A stretch of DNA of 62,287 nucleotides, filler included, from 8 parts of 8 records of this genome joined end to end with filler, not necessarily neighbours in it, one strand, 5' to 3'. Shown: positions 20,268 to 33,500, counted from the first letter of the whole stretch. The notes: a model not told the origin generated them from the letters alone. Made by a program: numbers and translations.

Positions 20268-23200
20268 TCATTCAAGGATGTCGTCGTCGTCGTCGTACGT
20301 CACATCCGGCACAGACATGCCCATCGACATTGTGCCGCCGGAAGGCATGTACGGCATCGGCGACGCTGCGCAGCACAGCACAGCACGATGTGTGAACACT
20401 CTCGGGGTAGAGACGGCGGTTCGCTGCTGCTTGGGCCAACGGTTTGCTGTGGTTTGCGCGTACCTTCGTCATCAGAGCCAGTAGTGCCGAGCATTCGCGC
20501 CATAATCGCATCTTCCTCGTCCTCTTTTGCCTTTGCCCGTGCGGCTTCTGCCGCAGCGGCGGCCTCAGCAGCTTCTGCTGCTGCAGCCGCGGCGGCTGCT
20601 GCTCTCTCTCGCTCCTCCTGCTCCTTCTTCTCGCGTGCTCCGTCCGCCTGCGCCTTGGCTTCTGCCTCCTTCAACTTCGCACTTTGCTCGAGACTAGCGG
20701 CGCTGGACGCTTGTAGTTTCGATGGAGATGTAGCCGACGCTGCCTTTGCTTTTGCCTCTGCCGCTGCCTTTTCCTGCATCGCCAAGCGAGCTACGCGCTC
20801 AGCCCGCGCTGATTCGGCACTTGCTGCGCTAGACGATGCTGTGGCTGCGCTTCCGGTCGAGGCTGGAGTACTCGCTCTGGGCGTAGTCGCCCCAGTCGGT
20901 GCTGCCCCCTGCGGCACGAGAAAGCGCACCGGCAACCACAGCTTGTTTGCTTTGTTTTGCACCCATTCACCGTCGGCTGCACCGTCACCGATCGAAATGC
21001 GCCTTTCTCCCACCTGTATGATCTCGCTTGGTTGTGCCTTTGCCCCTTGGTGACGATCAGCCATTCTCGGCGTGTTGCGATACGCCACGGCGCCGCCCTC
21101 GTCCACAGAATATGACAAAGGCGGAGCAACCGCCAAGATTACGCTCCCAGCACCAGACTTCTCATTGACCCAGCCTTTGCAAACTGGTTGTGAGGAGCTG
21201 GCTGAACCGATCGCCACTCTAGTAATGCCTGTCTCTTGGTTGACTTTGTAGCCCAGCGCTTCCACACGCTGTCCCTCCTCCAGTACACCGCACTCAGTAG
21301 AGTCCATTGCGAAGCCGCTGCGGATCTTTGTCTTGCTAGCACAAACGTAAATGCTACGCTGTACTGTTGCACCCGACTCGCCTATTGCTGTTGCCATGGC
21401 AGCTGTTGCAACAGCAGCATCCTGTTCCTCGTCAGTATCGCTGTCGGAACTATCCGAGTCGCTACCAGAAGAGTCCTCATCATTAGCGTTCGCGCCCGCC
21501 GCTCCTCCTTTCCCGTAGAGGTCACCGACGCCTTCTTTGGGATTGACCATCACAATCTCGAAATCATCCGGTATGTTGAGCTCTGCGTCGGGGATGGCCA
21601 ATGACCGGTCCAAGAACTGCGCAAGGTCAGCGTCACCACAGCAGACAAGCAGAACTTCATTCAGCCATGATTCAAGCAACCGCTTGCGCTTATGCACCAC
21701 CTCCACGTCGAGGCCCTGCCCTGTGATTGAACCCAGCGCGGTTGATGGAGGGAACTCAGTAGAGCGTATGGCAGGGTTTCCGTCGGCCAATAGCTTCGCA
21801 CGCAGTGTTTTGAACGCCTGGAAGCGCTTTTCCACCACCCAAGTCTCATCGGAATCTGGGAGGAAAACTTTCACCCAATATGCGGTGAAGATCTCTGTCT
21901 GCGTCTTCTGGTCCGGGTCTCCCTGTCGAGTAATGGCCTTGACGATGCTGATTTTCGATGGCATCTGGTCCATGCTCTGCAGCTTGCTAGATGCTGCCGC
22001 ACGTTCCTTCTCCAACTCCATGGCCTTGCCTGCGGCCTTGCGCTGCTCCGCAGCCTCATCTGCTACGCCCAGGTTGATGCCCAGCTGCTTGGCAAGGTCA
22101 ACTGACACAGATCCATCTTTGGCCAAAAACATCGACACAAGCTTGTCGCCAGGGCAGAGATCGACAACCTCATCAATCCAAGCCTGTAGCTGCTCCTTGC
22201 GTTCGCGAGACTCGCTTGAATCTGATCCACCACTGGGCTGCGCTTTGCTGCCGAAGAAGCTGCCAAAGCTGCTCGTAAAGCTCGAGAACATCTTTTTGTG
22301 TGGGAAGAAGATCCCCTTGACAGCTGGGTTGCCGGTGGCAATGAGATCCTTCTGCAGCTGGACAAAGCTCGAGTACCGTCTTGCAATCGGCCAGATCTCG
22401 TTGGCGGGTGTGGTGCACTTCATGATGTACGCAGGGTCTTCGATGTCGCCGTCAACCCGGATGACCAGCAACTCTACCTTGTTGGGGTGGTAGTTCAGCT
22501 CATCATCCTGGGCCTTGAGCTTCTCAGCTTTGGCCGCCTTGGCAGCAGCCTCAAACTCGGCTTTGGCCTTTGCCTCAGCTTCGGCCAGGGTCGGATTCTG
22601 GAGGAATTTTCCCACGTCGGAGTTGCCCGGGCAGAACAGGAGCACCTCGTTGATCCAGACGTCGAGCATCTCCTTGCGCTTAGAAATGACCTCGTCGTCC
22701 ATCCCTTGGCCCTGCACACTACCAAGGAAGGCACTCTCTGGGAACGTCATGCTGCGCACGGCAGGGTTGCCGTCCGCCAGCAGCTTCTCCCGCAGGGCCT
22801 TGAAGGCAGAGAATCGCTTCTCGATTACCCACTCTTCGCCGTCCGGCGCGAAGACGGTCATGCGGTAGACCATGTAGACCTCCGTCTGCGTGCGCTTCTC
22901 CTCGTCGCCTTGTTTCTTGACAGCCTCCGAAATGACCACACGGTCAGGCTGGCTCTCGACGTCGGACATCTTCGTCGCTGCCATCGCCTCCCTCAGCGCC
23001 TCCCCAGCCCGGCGGTCGCCACCTGCCTTGTCTGCTGCAAGCTCGGCGGCGCTGACGCTGACACCGAGCACATCCTGGGCGTAAGATGCGCGCACCGAGC
23101 CGTCGTGGGCGAAGAACGCAGCGAGGTCGGTGTCACCAGGGCTGAGCTCGAGCACCGCGTTCATCCAAGTCTGCGCCGCCTCTTGGCGCTGGCGCGACTG

Positions 23201-23884
23201 CGTGGCGTCAACGCTGTCCTTGCCGGCGACGGCCTCCACCCGCTCCGGGAAGGGGAGTGCCATGACGGCCGGCTCCTTCTCCTTGCTCTTGCGCAGGGCC
23301 TTGATCTCGCTGAACTTGCGCTTGATGCCCCAGGCTTTGCCGCTCGCGGTGTAGATCCTGCGCAGGCGCACAGCCGGCTGAGCGGGCCTGTCCCTCCTGC
23401 CTCACCTGACCTCCTGAGCGAGCGGGCGAGCGAAAGAGCGGGGGCGGGCTGCGCACTTCATAATGTAGGAGGGGTCCGAGAGTTTCCCCTCCACTGAAGC
23501 GGTGAAGATCTCGACCTTGTTCGGGAAGTTCTCCAGCTCGTCGTACCCGCCTGACCCCGACTCCGGCGACCTGCCAGGCCAGCCAGCCAGCGCAGCCGTA
23601 CACACGCGCACGCGCACGCGCACGCACACAGAGAGACCATCAGCGCCAGGGCCATCCGAACAGCGCTGCCCGCAAAGCCCTGGGCTGTCGGCGCGCAGCC
23701 TCGGACCGCTCGAGCCACCGTGAGCCATCCAATGCAAGGCCGCCGCCCTCAACTAGCATGCACCACATGTGCGTTGTTGTCGCTGCGTGCTGTGTTGGTG
23801 CGCGTGTGTGTGTGTGCGTGTGTGCGGGTCGCACAGTGAGGAGGGCCCGTCATCCATGTCCTCGAAGTCCTCCACCTCGTCCAT
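20268..23884 (-). CDS. Protein with four tandem PX domains, two SH3-like modules and an Ala/Glu-rich coiled coil; introns 23571-23834, 23358-23456, 20366-20463
   Basis: Four PX cores (IKRKFSEIKAL, IEKRFSAFKAL, IARRYSSFVQL, VEKRFQAFKTL), each followed by FP..., RK..L..W.NEV and a FL motif. The spliced model runs from MDEVEDFEDMDD to ...DDDDDILE-TGA. Confidence 0.82.
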
Positions 23885-24142
23885 CCCCTGCAGCCCCCCC
23901 CCCAGCGCCCCCAGCCAGCTCAAGCCGCCGCTAAGCGGTCGATCACTGCTGTGGACACTATGCTCTATAGTACTAGATTGCAATACAAGGACCATGGATT
24001 CGAGAGACGCTCGAGGGCTGCTGCGACTTGCGGCTGCTGAGACACGAGTTCTCAGGGGGTCTTCACTCGATTCACTCGATTCACCCCTGGGAAATTCCGG
24101 TCGGTTTGTGAGCCCCCTGAAATGGGCCTGGCTCAGAACGGA

Positions 24143-24242
24143 NNNNNNNNNNNNNNNNNNNNNNNNNNNNNNNNNNNNNNNNNNNNTTAATTAATTAANN
24201 NNNNNNNNNNNNNNNNNNNNNNNNNNNNNNNNNNNNNNNNNN
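24143..24242. other. Artificial contig linker
   Basis: N44-TTAATTAATTAA-N44. Confidence 0.98.
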
Positions 24243-24266
24243 TTGCCGCGATACTAGTATATCGCG

Positions 24267-27200
24267 ATGCCGCCCTGGCGCTGCTCGCTGCTCATCATGG
24301 CCGCTTGCTGGGCTTCCGTCGGAAGCGCGCAGCAGATCTGGACCAACCTCTGGGCCGCAGCGCACGGCATGGACGCGATTGACGCTGATCTCGCCACGGA
24401 CGGGGACAACACAACGCATATGCGCGCATTCGCGCCCATCCGTGCAGGTGCAGCGCTGTCGGTCGACCTGCGCAGCGCAGTGAAGATTACCCACCTAGTA
24501 CGCATCCGGCCTGCCTCTCCCACCCACCCGAACTGTTGCCGTGTTGCGGTTACGACCGCCGCGTTAATTGGCTGCCCTGCGCGGCGTGTGCGAAGGTACT
24601 GGTCGAGCACCCAGACGAGTACCTGCGCTCCGGGCGGCTGACTGCACAGAAGAATGGCAAGCAACTGACGGTAGCGTCGTGGAACGACGAAGAGATGGGC
24701 CGCACCCGGACTCCAGCTGGTCACACTGTCATCGCCCTGTCGCCGCCATTAAAGCTTGTGCACGCGCCGTTTGTATTCAACATCGAGGTGGCGGAGACGC
24801 AGAGAGTCGGGTGCGACCTCGGCCGGCTCTGCAGATAGCACCATTGATTCGATTTGTAGCTGACTGTGCGCGACCGCGTCCTGCACAGGTGGCAGCTGCT
24901 CGAGCTACAGATCTACAGCCCCTCAGCGGCACCTGTGGATACACGTAAGGGACAGATCCCTGGCAGCAGGCCACGGCCGAGACAAGAGCCAGTGCGCCCG
25001 CCGCCGCCACCCCCACCCGCACCTGCGCAACAGCCACGACATAACCAGGATTCGCAACACCAGGAGTTTCGAAAACCAAAGGCGGCTAGTGCGCGTTATC
25101 AGCCAGCCAACTCTGAGTTCACCCGTCCGCGCGATGAAGCTGACGGCACAAACGATCCGACATCGCACGGGCCGTCGGGCGTTGTCTGCCAGCCAACCTG
25201 TGAGCACGGTCAGTGTCAGATGGACCCAAGTGCTGTGAAGCATACCGGCGGATCCAAGCGGGGCAAGTGCATATGCACGGCAGGGTGGGGTGGGCGTGGG
25301 TGCGATTCTGCAGTTTGCCGGGACTGCCAGCATGGCGCATGTGTGAGTCCTGGCATCTGCGGCTGCCATCAAGGGTGGTCCGCCGCAAACTGCAACGTGT
25401 CGGGTGTGGTCACCTATGGAAGCTATGTTCAATTGCGCTCTAGAAAACGTTCTGATCACCTATTGTTCTCAGACAGCAGGACTCTTTCGCCGGGTAGCAC
25501 CGCGCAGGCTGTGCTGAACTGGCTCGAGCCGTCGAACCCAGGTGGTTCTGCCATGACAAGCGGAAACTGGTGGCAAGTCCTTGGTCCAGCAGGAACATCT
25601 CCTGGATTTCTACTAGGTTCGCCTGTTCTCAGCGGTGCAATCATAAGATTCAAGCACGTTTCCAGCGGGGCATTTTTGCGAGGAGATGGTTCGCAGCCCG
25701 CTTTCACTCGCAAAGACCTGCACGAAGTGAGCGCTGTAGGTGCTCACATCGATCGCACCAGTGTCGAATGGCAACTTGTTGTGAACGGAACGGCAGCTGT
25801 TCGTCTGGAGTGGGGGGTTGCTTGGGCCATTGCGCTGCGTCATGTGGCTACCAAAGACTTTCTGACCTGCTCCGGGCAGACATACCCAGTCTCTCAACCT
25901 GAAGTCTTCGGTAAGAAACACTACATGGTTCATGAGATACAGCTGCAGAAGTACATCGCCGGTGCTCTGGCCTTTCCTAAAGATCCTGGGTATATTTCAG
26001 TTGCACAAGTGTGGAGTCTGGCTAGACATCGTGCTCCTGCAACCTCTCCGGCTCGCAGTGTGCCGTTTTCTCTTCATGCCGTTGTTCGCCTCGCCAGTCC
26101 CACATCGATGTGCTATCTAAATTATCGAGTGCAGCCACGTGAGACAATGGCCGTAGATGACCGGTCAGCTGGACTCGGCTGCGAGACTACCGACGATATG
26201 AGCGAGCTGTGGGTGGTGCTTGCCCAGTCAGAGCCACCACAATCGCACGCACGGCCCAAGAGGAGTGGAACCAACTCGAGCGCGACTCAGTGTGCTGGTT
26301 TGCGGCTCGGCATCGATAATGGCTTATCACGCGACGAGTTGTGGGAAGAATTGACCAGGACAAAGCTGTGGCAGCTGCTTGAGAAAACGGATGCTATTGG
26401 CCTAGGCGAAGACGATGTTGATGGTCTCAGCAAGACGGAGGTGGTTGAACTGCTGCTGGAGAAGATTTTGGAGCGACGCTCGCTGGAAAAAGCCTGTCGC
26501 CGTGCATCTGCTGAAGTTGTGCCTACCGGCCCGCGCTTGCGGCGTGGATCTCGGATAAAGCTGATGCACTTGCTGACACGTCGGACCATCTATTGGGTGC
26601 ACAATGTGACGCACGGTCTTGCTAAGCTGGACGCTGCGCCGACCATCCGCCGGAATATATCGTTGGATGGGGAATCTGACTGCTTGCGCATAGATGACAC
26701 TGCAGATGTCGGCGTGATGGCACCGTGGGTTGCTGGTGAAGCTATCAGGATACGAGTATGTAATGAAAATGCTACACTGCAGAGTGTTGGACAGCAAATC
26801 AGGTGGCAAGCTGTGACACCAGGTACGGATGGCTCAGATGAGACCGTATGGATTGGTGAACGCGTGCGACAACTCGCTGTCAACGTCAGCTACCTGGAAA
26901 TGGCCACGAAACTGGCCCGGTTGTGCGAAGAAAGTGGTGCATATAAGGCTGCTGAGGGTCACCTTTCTGCTGCTATTAGCGAACAGAGATCGTTGCAGAT
27001 GACACCCCGAGAGCTTGCGAATGTCCACTTCAGTCGTGCACGGATGTGGATGCGCCTCGGGCGTTCGTCGTCAGCGATTCGGGACCTGGTCATTGCGCGG
27101 GAGCACTTCCCTGAATTTGCTGAGGCTGCTTTATACTATGGACGTATCGCAACTACACTTGGTCGATGGGATGAAGCCCACGAAGCTTTTTCTGCCGTGA

Positions 27201-30200
27201 CAAACAGTATCACGGACGATCAACCTCTCCATTATCGGGCGAGTCTGTATCTGCACCAGATCAACAACATCACAGGATCAATAGGCAAAGCTGCTGAGGC
27301 TCTGGATGTCTCGATGGATGCCTACAGTACAACTGGCCGGTGTCAGATGAGTGACGGTGATCGTGATGTGTTGCGATGGGCCCGACGATTGATGACAGAC
27401 GCACTACAAGCTGCTCCTGAGAGTATAGATGTCCGAATTCAGAGGGCCGAGACCAATCTTCTACTTGGAGACCTCGGGGCTGCCAAGTCAGATGCGACTT
27501 GGGTGATTCGCCTTAGCCGGAGCAGTCCCGAAGGGTATTTCCTACGCGGAAGGGCTCATTTGTACATGTTTGATCACGACACAGCCAAGTCGTACTTCAA
27601 ATGGTGTGTTAAGGTCGATATGGACCACAAAGGCTGCGCAGCAGCACTTCGTTCGTTAAAATCAGCGACTATCAATGCAGCAAATGCCTCATCGTCATTT
27701 CGTTTCGGAAACTTCAGCACGGCTGCACAAGCGTATCAAGATTCCATCGACGCGATGCCGAACCACTGTTTCCACGTGGCGCTGATGCGTTTGCAACGCT
27801 GCCGATGCCTGATATATTTAAATCGACCAGATGCTGCTGTCGGCGAGTGTCAAATAGCGAGTGAATTGGACCCAGAGCTGAGAGATGCAGAAACTCTGGG
27901 ACAAGATGCGCAAGCTATAGCCAATTCTTATCAAGAATGGGTTGCTGAAGAACTCAAGAAAAAACAGCAGAAAGAGCGGAGAGAAAGAGCACAAGAGGAA
28001 AAGCGAAAGGCAGAGGCAGAAGCGAAGGCACGAGAAGCTGAAAAGGAGCGTCTACGCAAGGAAGCAGACGAAAAGGGCGAGGAGTTCATCGATCCTGAGG
28101 ACCCGGCGGAGTATGCAAACCGCACTCGATTAGAAGTGAAGCACAGACGGCTGGAATGGCAAACAGATAGGATGGTACAGTCCATGGCGCTCTGTGAACA
28201 ACACTTCTATCGCCTCAATATGAGCTCGTTCAAAGTCCGCAGAGTTCGCTGTCTACAGCCAAAACTTCTACACAATGGAACTTTGTGTCAGAAGCTGCGA
28301 GGGTGCACTTGGGAAGAGACAGAAAATAGCACCAAGCCCAATGGTGACGGACCAGCAAGTGTTCGTGCGAACTCGACGACGGGTAATATCGTTGATGCGG
28401 CAAATGAGACCAACGGCACCACTACTGGTGACCCGAACCCAGGTAAATGCGTGCCGAAGCTGCCAACTACAAATGATGTGAAGCGCTCATACCGTCGAAT
28501 GGCAATGGCATGGCACCCCGACAAAAAACACAAACCACGTGCCAAAGAACGCGCCGAAAAGGTCTTCCAAACAATTGTGGAGTCTTACGAGTTTCTTAGC
28601 GACGATAAGCAGCTATCTCTGTGTAATGCAGGAAACATCAAGAAGGCAGAGCAGCATCATCAGCAACAGCAGAAGAGGCAAGAGAAACAGCAACAGCAAC
28701 AACAAAAGCCCAACGGAGCACCGAATGAACCACCGAAAAATAAACCACAACCGGGTCGGTCAAAGACCGAGCCACCGAAGCAAGAAGCACCCACCTGGAG
28801 TAGAATGGATTGGCACGTCAAACCTGCGCTATTTGGACTTCTGCCGGAACTGCCCCAAACTGACACGGGTGCACCCAAGTACCGTCACCGATATTCGTTC
28901 TCTGTCCTCATCTCGAATACTGAAGAGGTGAAATCATCTACCGTTTCGAGGCTCAGTTTAACTGGTCTGGAAGCGTATGGCAATCCAGAGACCCTTATTC
29001 ATTGGCAGTCTGCCCGTCCAGCATCCGTGAAAGGGAACTTAGAGGATCTGCGGAAACAGTTCGGGGTGAAGGATGAGTACGGTAAACACACGGCTGGTGA
29101 CGGGGCAAACGGGTGGGGTGACTCTGGCGTGCAGGCGGAAAAATCGTGGTTCATTCCTACCAGTGGTCGTCTTCAGCTTTTTTTCAACGTCGATGACTCC
29201 GGAACTGCAAAAGACAAGGACGCTGCGCCAGAACTGCCGCTCGAAATGCGTGTGTTCAATATTGACATCCGAGACTACGATTTCGCAGAGCTTTTGGATA
29301 TGCCAAACGAGCAGGCCGGAGTTTCGTTTCTCCGGCTGGACATTGACAATCGCCGAGGGCCAGTGGACGTCTTCGTAGGATTATCGCGAATTACTGGAGT
29401 GCCTGAAGGACACACCAAGCTACGCCTTGACAGCCTGACAGCTGTATTCAGCGATGAATATTGGACAATCAAAGATAGCTTGACACGGAAGATGGGGCTG
29501 CTAACAGAGGGTGGCATGGATGCAGCTGAAACGTCATCCATTCATCATGCTGTTGATGGTGACAACTCCACCACGTTTGAGACAGCTGAGGCACTAAAAG
29601 TGGACCAGGCTCTGGTGGTCGACTTGCAGGTGATATACAATCTGCGAAAGGCTGTTCTGGTTGAGCAGCCAGGTCATGAGTGTCATGCGTGTGCAATAGA
29701 AGTCAGCGTAGACAGGCTCTGGTGGTGGCCGCTCCACGCGTTTACGCAGGGAGTTGGCGAAAATGTTGAGTGGCGCCAACGCGGTGATGATAGCACCGGG
29801 CTGGGTCCCGCAGACTTCCCAATAGTGGCTCGCTACATTCGACTGATCGCGACAGCAGATGAGTGGAGAGAGCACGCGCCGCACTGGGGTGTGACAGAGT
29901 TTGAAGTGTTTGGCGACGAGCTTGGTGAATCGCTGGTTGCAGATGCACCAGTGTGGCTCGAGGGTGGCGATTCCATGACAGCTCAAGATGAAGAGATTGT
30001 GGGACAGGCAGATGGGTCGGAGGAGGGAGAGGACAATGAGGGCGAGGAGGACGATGATGATGACGAAGAGGATCCCATACGGCGAGGCCCGCTAAGTTAC
30101 GCCATAGATGGTGACACATCAACATCGTACGTCACTGCACATCCTCCAGTTGGCTTGCTGGAAAACGATGCGCTGGTGATCGATCTGCTAGACACATACA

Positions 30201-30481
30201 TGCTAGCATTGATCATTGTTTGGCAGAATGAGTCGCTTGCTTGCACGATGTGCATGATTCAAAGAAGTATGGACGGCGAAGAGTGGGACGACATACAGCT
30301 GATGGTGCACACAGACGGAATGGTCGTTGCCGGGTTCGGGCCCGATGCGAATGTGTCTGCACGGTATATTCGATTTGCCGTGATAGAGCCGATGTCGCAT
30401 GTCTGGGAAGTTACTGATATCCAGGTATATGGTGGACTGGTGCTCCAGCCAGAACCGGGTGAGACGGACGATGAGGTGTAA
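24267..30481 (+). CDS. Giant secretory-pathway J-domain protein: signal peptide, discoidin (F5/8C)-like, EGF-like repeats, SDF2-type MIR domains, DNAJC3-like TPR array, J domain, two more F5/8C-like domains; introns 24498-24595, 24811-24888
   Basis: MPPWRCSLLIMAACWASVGSA signal. CEHGQC..CICTAGWGGRGC and CQHGACVSPGICGCHQGWSAANC (EGF). VTYGSYVQLR...GAIIRFKHVSSGAFL...IALRHVATKDFL (MIR). TPR helices. DVKRSYRRMAMAWHPDK...FQTIVESYEFLSD (J domain with HPD). HAVDGDNSTT and YAIDGDTSTS...ARYIR (F5/8C). Confidence 0.85.
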
Positions 30482-30550
30482 CCCTGCAGCCCTAGGGCAC
30501 GGTATGAATAAGTACTGAATGGAATGATATATAATTAGCTAGCACCGATA

Positions 30551-33500
30551 TCATGCATCAAGACCAGCACTGCGCCACGGAAGGCTGGCGTCTGCAACTT
30601 GGTGCCGCGGCAAGTACTGCTCAGATAACTGCACAGCAGCACGGGCCGGGCAGCCTGTCAGAGAGCACCACATCTGTACGCTTACTGGTGGTATGTGCAT
30701 CAGGCAGCGTGCGTACCTCGTGAGTCAGTTCTGCTTTGAGGTTGGCCCACCTGTCCGCTGCTGATATTGCGCCCAGCTCGGATTCGAAATGCACCGTGCT
30801 GTCTTCCCCTCGTGCAGTAGCTTGGTCGCCTGCCCGCCGTGCTAACGCAGCTGCATCACGAGCCGCAGCCTCTTCGCGCTGCAGTCTTCGGACTGCCTCG
30901 CCAATGAGGTTCCAAGGTACACAAGAACTGAGGACGAAGTAATTCTGACCCCGGCTCGTTTTCCAATCCAACCGCTGGTCGTAGCGCGCGCTAAGGAGCC
31001 CCCCCGCTCTGCAATGATGAAACACAGAGACTCAAGAGCAAGGACGCCAAGTGGGTGGGAAAATCTGCGGACGCGTGCAGAGAAAAGCGCACCGGGAAAG
31101 CCGTAGACCAACCGGGCCACCTAGCTGCAGCAAATGGTCGATATGGTCCAGACGGGTTTGTCCAGGTTCATCATCAAAAACGAGCCACGAGTCTGAGCCA
31201 TTGCCTTGGCTGACGGAATTGTGCCACACAGCGAGTATCTGCAACGACAGATGCAGCCGTGAAGGAACGCGCGGTGTGACGCAGGCGAGCAAAGGGACGA
31301 GAGCACACCGTATCGCTTGGGTGCACTAGCCCCTGCAAGTCCGCGACTCCACCTTTCCGCACAGCGGCGATAACTACGTTGCCTGATCTGCGGGTCGTAT
31401 CGCACCTGCAAGGCATCAAAATCATCTGACGCGTCAGACAAGCCGCCAAAATTCAGACAGGACATGCCGTTTGCTTGTCGCACTCACTCAAATCGAATTC
31501 CCAGCGGGGTGTTGAGCGATGCAGCATCAAGTACATCGTCACGGAAAAACACCTCTAGAATGTGCGAGTTTTCTGCGACTGCACTATCATCCACTTGCTT
31601 CAACTTGTTGATGAGCAGTTGTGCGGCCTCTCTTAGGTGACCCCAGTTCAGATGAAACGCGAGCAGGGCCCCAGAATCTGTCACGCGCCGCATCAGCGTC
31701 AGTGTTGAGGTCCGGCGTTTATCTACAGTTCCACAAGGCGACCAGTGTTTTAGTTACGCACTATCGATGTCTGGATCCGTACTCGACTGGGACGGCTTTT
31801 CTTGCAAAGCCGAGCGAAGCCACGGTGGAAGTGGCTGATATGCTGAACTAGCGGCCTGCTTTTGCATCTGCATGATTGTGTTTGCGAAGTAATGATGCAA
31901 CCAAGAGCTGGAGGTATCAGCCATAGCTTGCCCTTTGTCCATTGCGCCTCGCAAGTCCCATCTTGGCAGATTATCCCCATCATTGCGCTTTGCGTGCTGT
32001 GCAATAAGCCGGTGCGCGACCTTTCCAGTATCACGCGCGGCACGAAGATCATCACAGGACGCGACATAAAGCAAGGCAAGCTTGTGCAGGATCGACCGCA
32101 TGTCGACCTGCGCCGCAACAAGATGATGGGTGAGCAATCTGCGGGGTGGAACCCAGCTTTCACTGTGTAGAAGCGCGCATTACCTGGTACAGGTTGCATA
32201 GCTTCCCAGCAAGTTCGCAATCTGACCATCGTACATCGTCATGGTGATCACCCCTATCATCGCAGATCAATGCCTCTATTGTAGCGGAGACTAGGTCGAC
32301 TGTGATGTGTCCGTCCGGCAGCACAGGCTCATCTATGCCCCCACGCTCCAACAAACGCAACCTGCACACAAGCAGTTCTAAATTACGACAGCATGACCGG
32401 CAGCAATGCAAAGGCATAATCATCTTACCTCGCGGTCAACAGTGCATGTTCTCCTTCCAAAGCAGTAATGTGCAGCGGGGGCGCCGGTAGGTGGTATTCC
32501 GATTCAGATGTGGCTTCGCTCGCGTTCTCTGCCTTCAGTTCCTCACCAGCGACGGGCTTGTCTTCATTGAACAAACTTGCGCTGTGGAAAGCTGCTTTTG
32601 CAAGCTTCCGCTTCCCCCCCTTTCCCACAGCCCGGTCCGCGTTCAAATCAAATGCTGTGCCACGGTGCTGCCGCTCGATCCATCTCACAGACTCTGGGCA
32701 CATTCGAAGAGAGCTAATGGCAACCATGAGGTAATCTGCTGCCTGACCGTAGTCGTGAGTATCGTTGTTCTTCGCACCGGACGCTGTGAAGCGCTCAGCA
32801 AGAGCGTACATAGCCTCTGCTGCCTTCTGCATGTTCTGCTGTTTGGCATGGAAAGCATACAGAGACTTGAAATATTCGTCACCACCCGCACGGGCACGTT
32901 CGAGCAGAATGCTAGCCACCTCACCCTGAAGACATACTCCCACAGCGTTCCGAGAATCGGTGCCAGAGAAACGGGCTGGAGCTGCCACAAGCGGCTTCTC
33001 GAAAAGAATCTCTAGCTGTTTGCTTTTGTGCAACGCGTGCACCAACATTTTCAAGCTGTTCGTCCGCTTTTCTCTATCTGGGTTGCTTGTCATCGCATGA
33101 TACGCGCTTTCGACGTCGTTGATCTTCAGCGCATACCCAAATGTTTTGGAGAGAAGTCTTGCTTTCCATCCTGTCTCTTCTTGCAGAGTACTCTCGACGT
33201 AGGCCTCAATGCGAAGCGCAAGACTGGAAAGCTCCAAAGCGGAAGCAGGATCCTGCTCTAATGCGTCCATCATTTCATCGATCTCGGCAAGAATGTTCAC
33301 ATCACAATCTTCTGCTGCAAATTGAGCAACAGGTGCAAGAAGCAACGACTTCGCGGCTCCGAGAAAATGACGCCGCGCGTCGGCGAATCGGCTTAAGCGT
33401 GCGTAGGATTGCCCGACGGTCTTATTGATCTCCACCCGCCACTGGATTGCACTGTCTGCCATGTGGCTAGCATCTGCTCCTAGTAGCTGCAGAATTTTGT

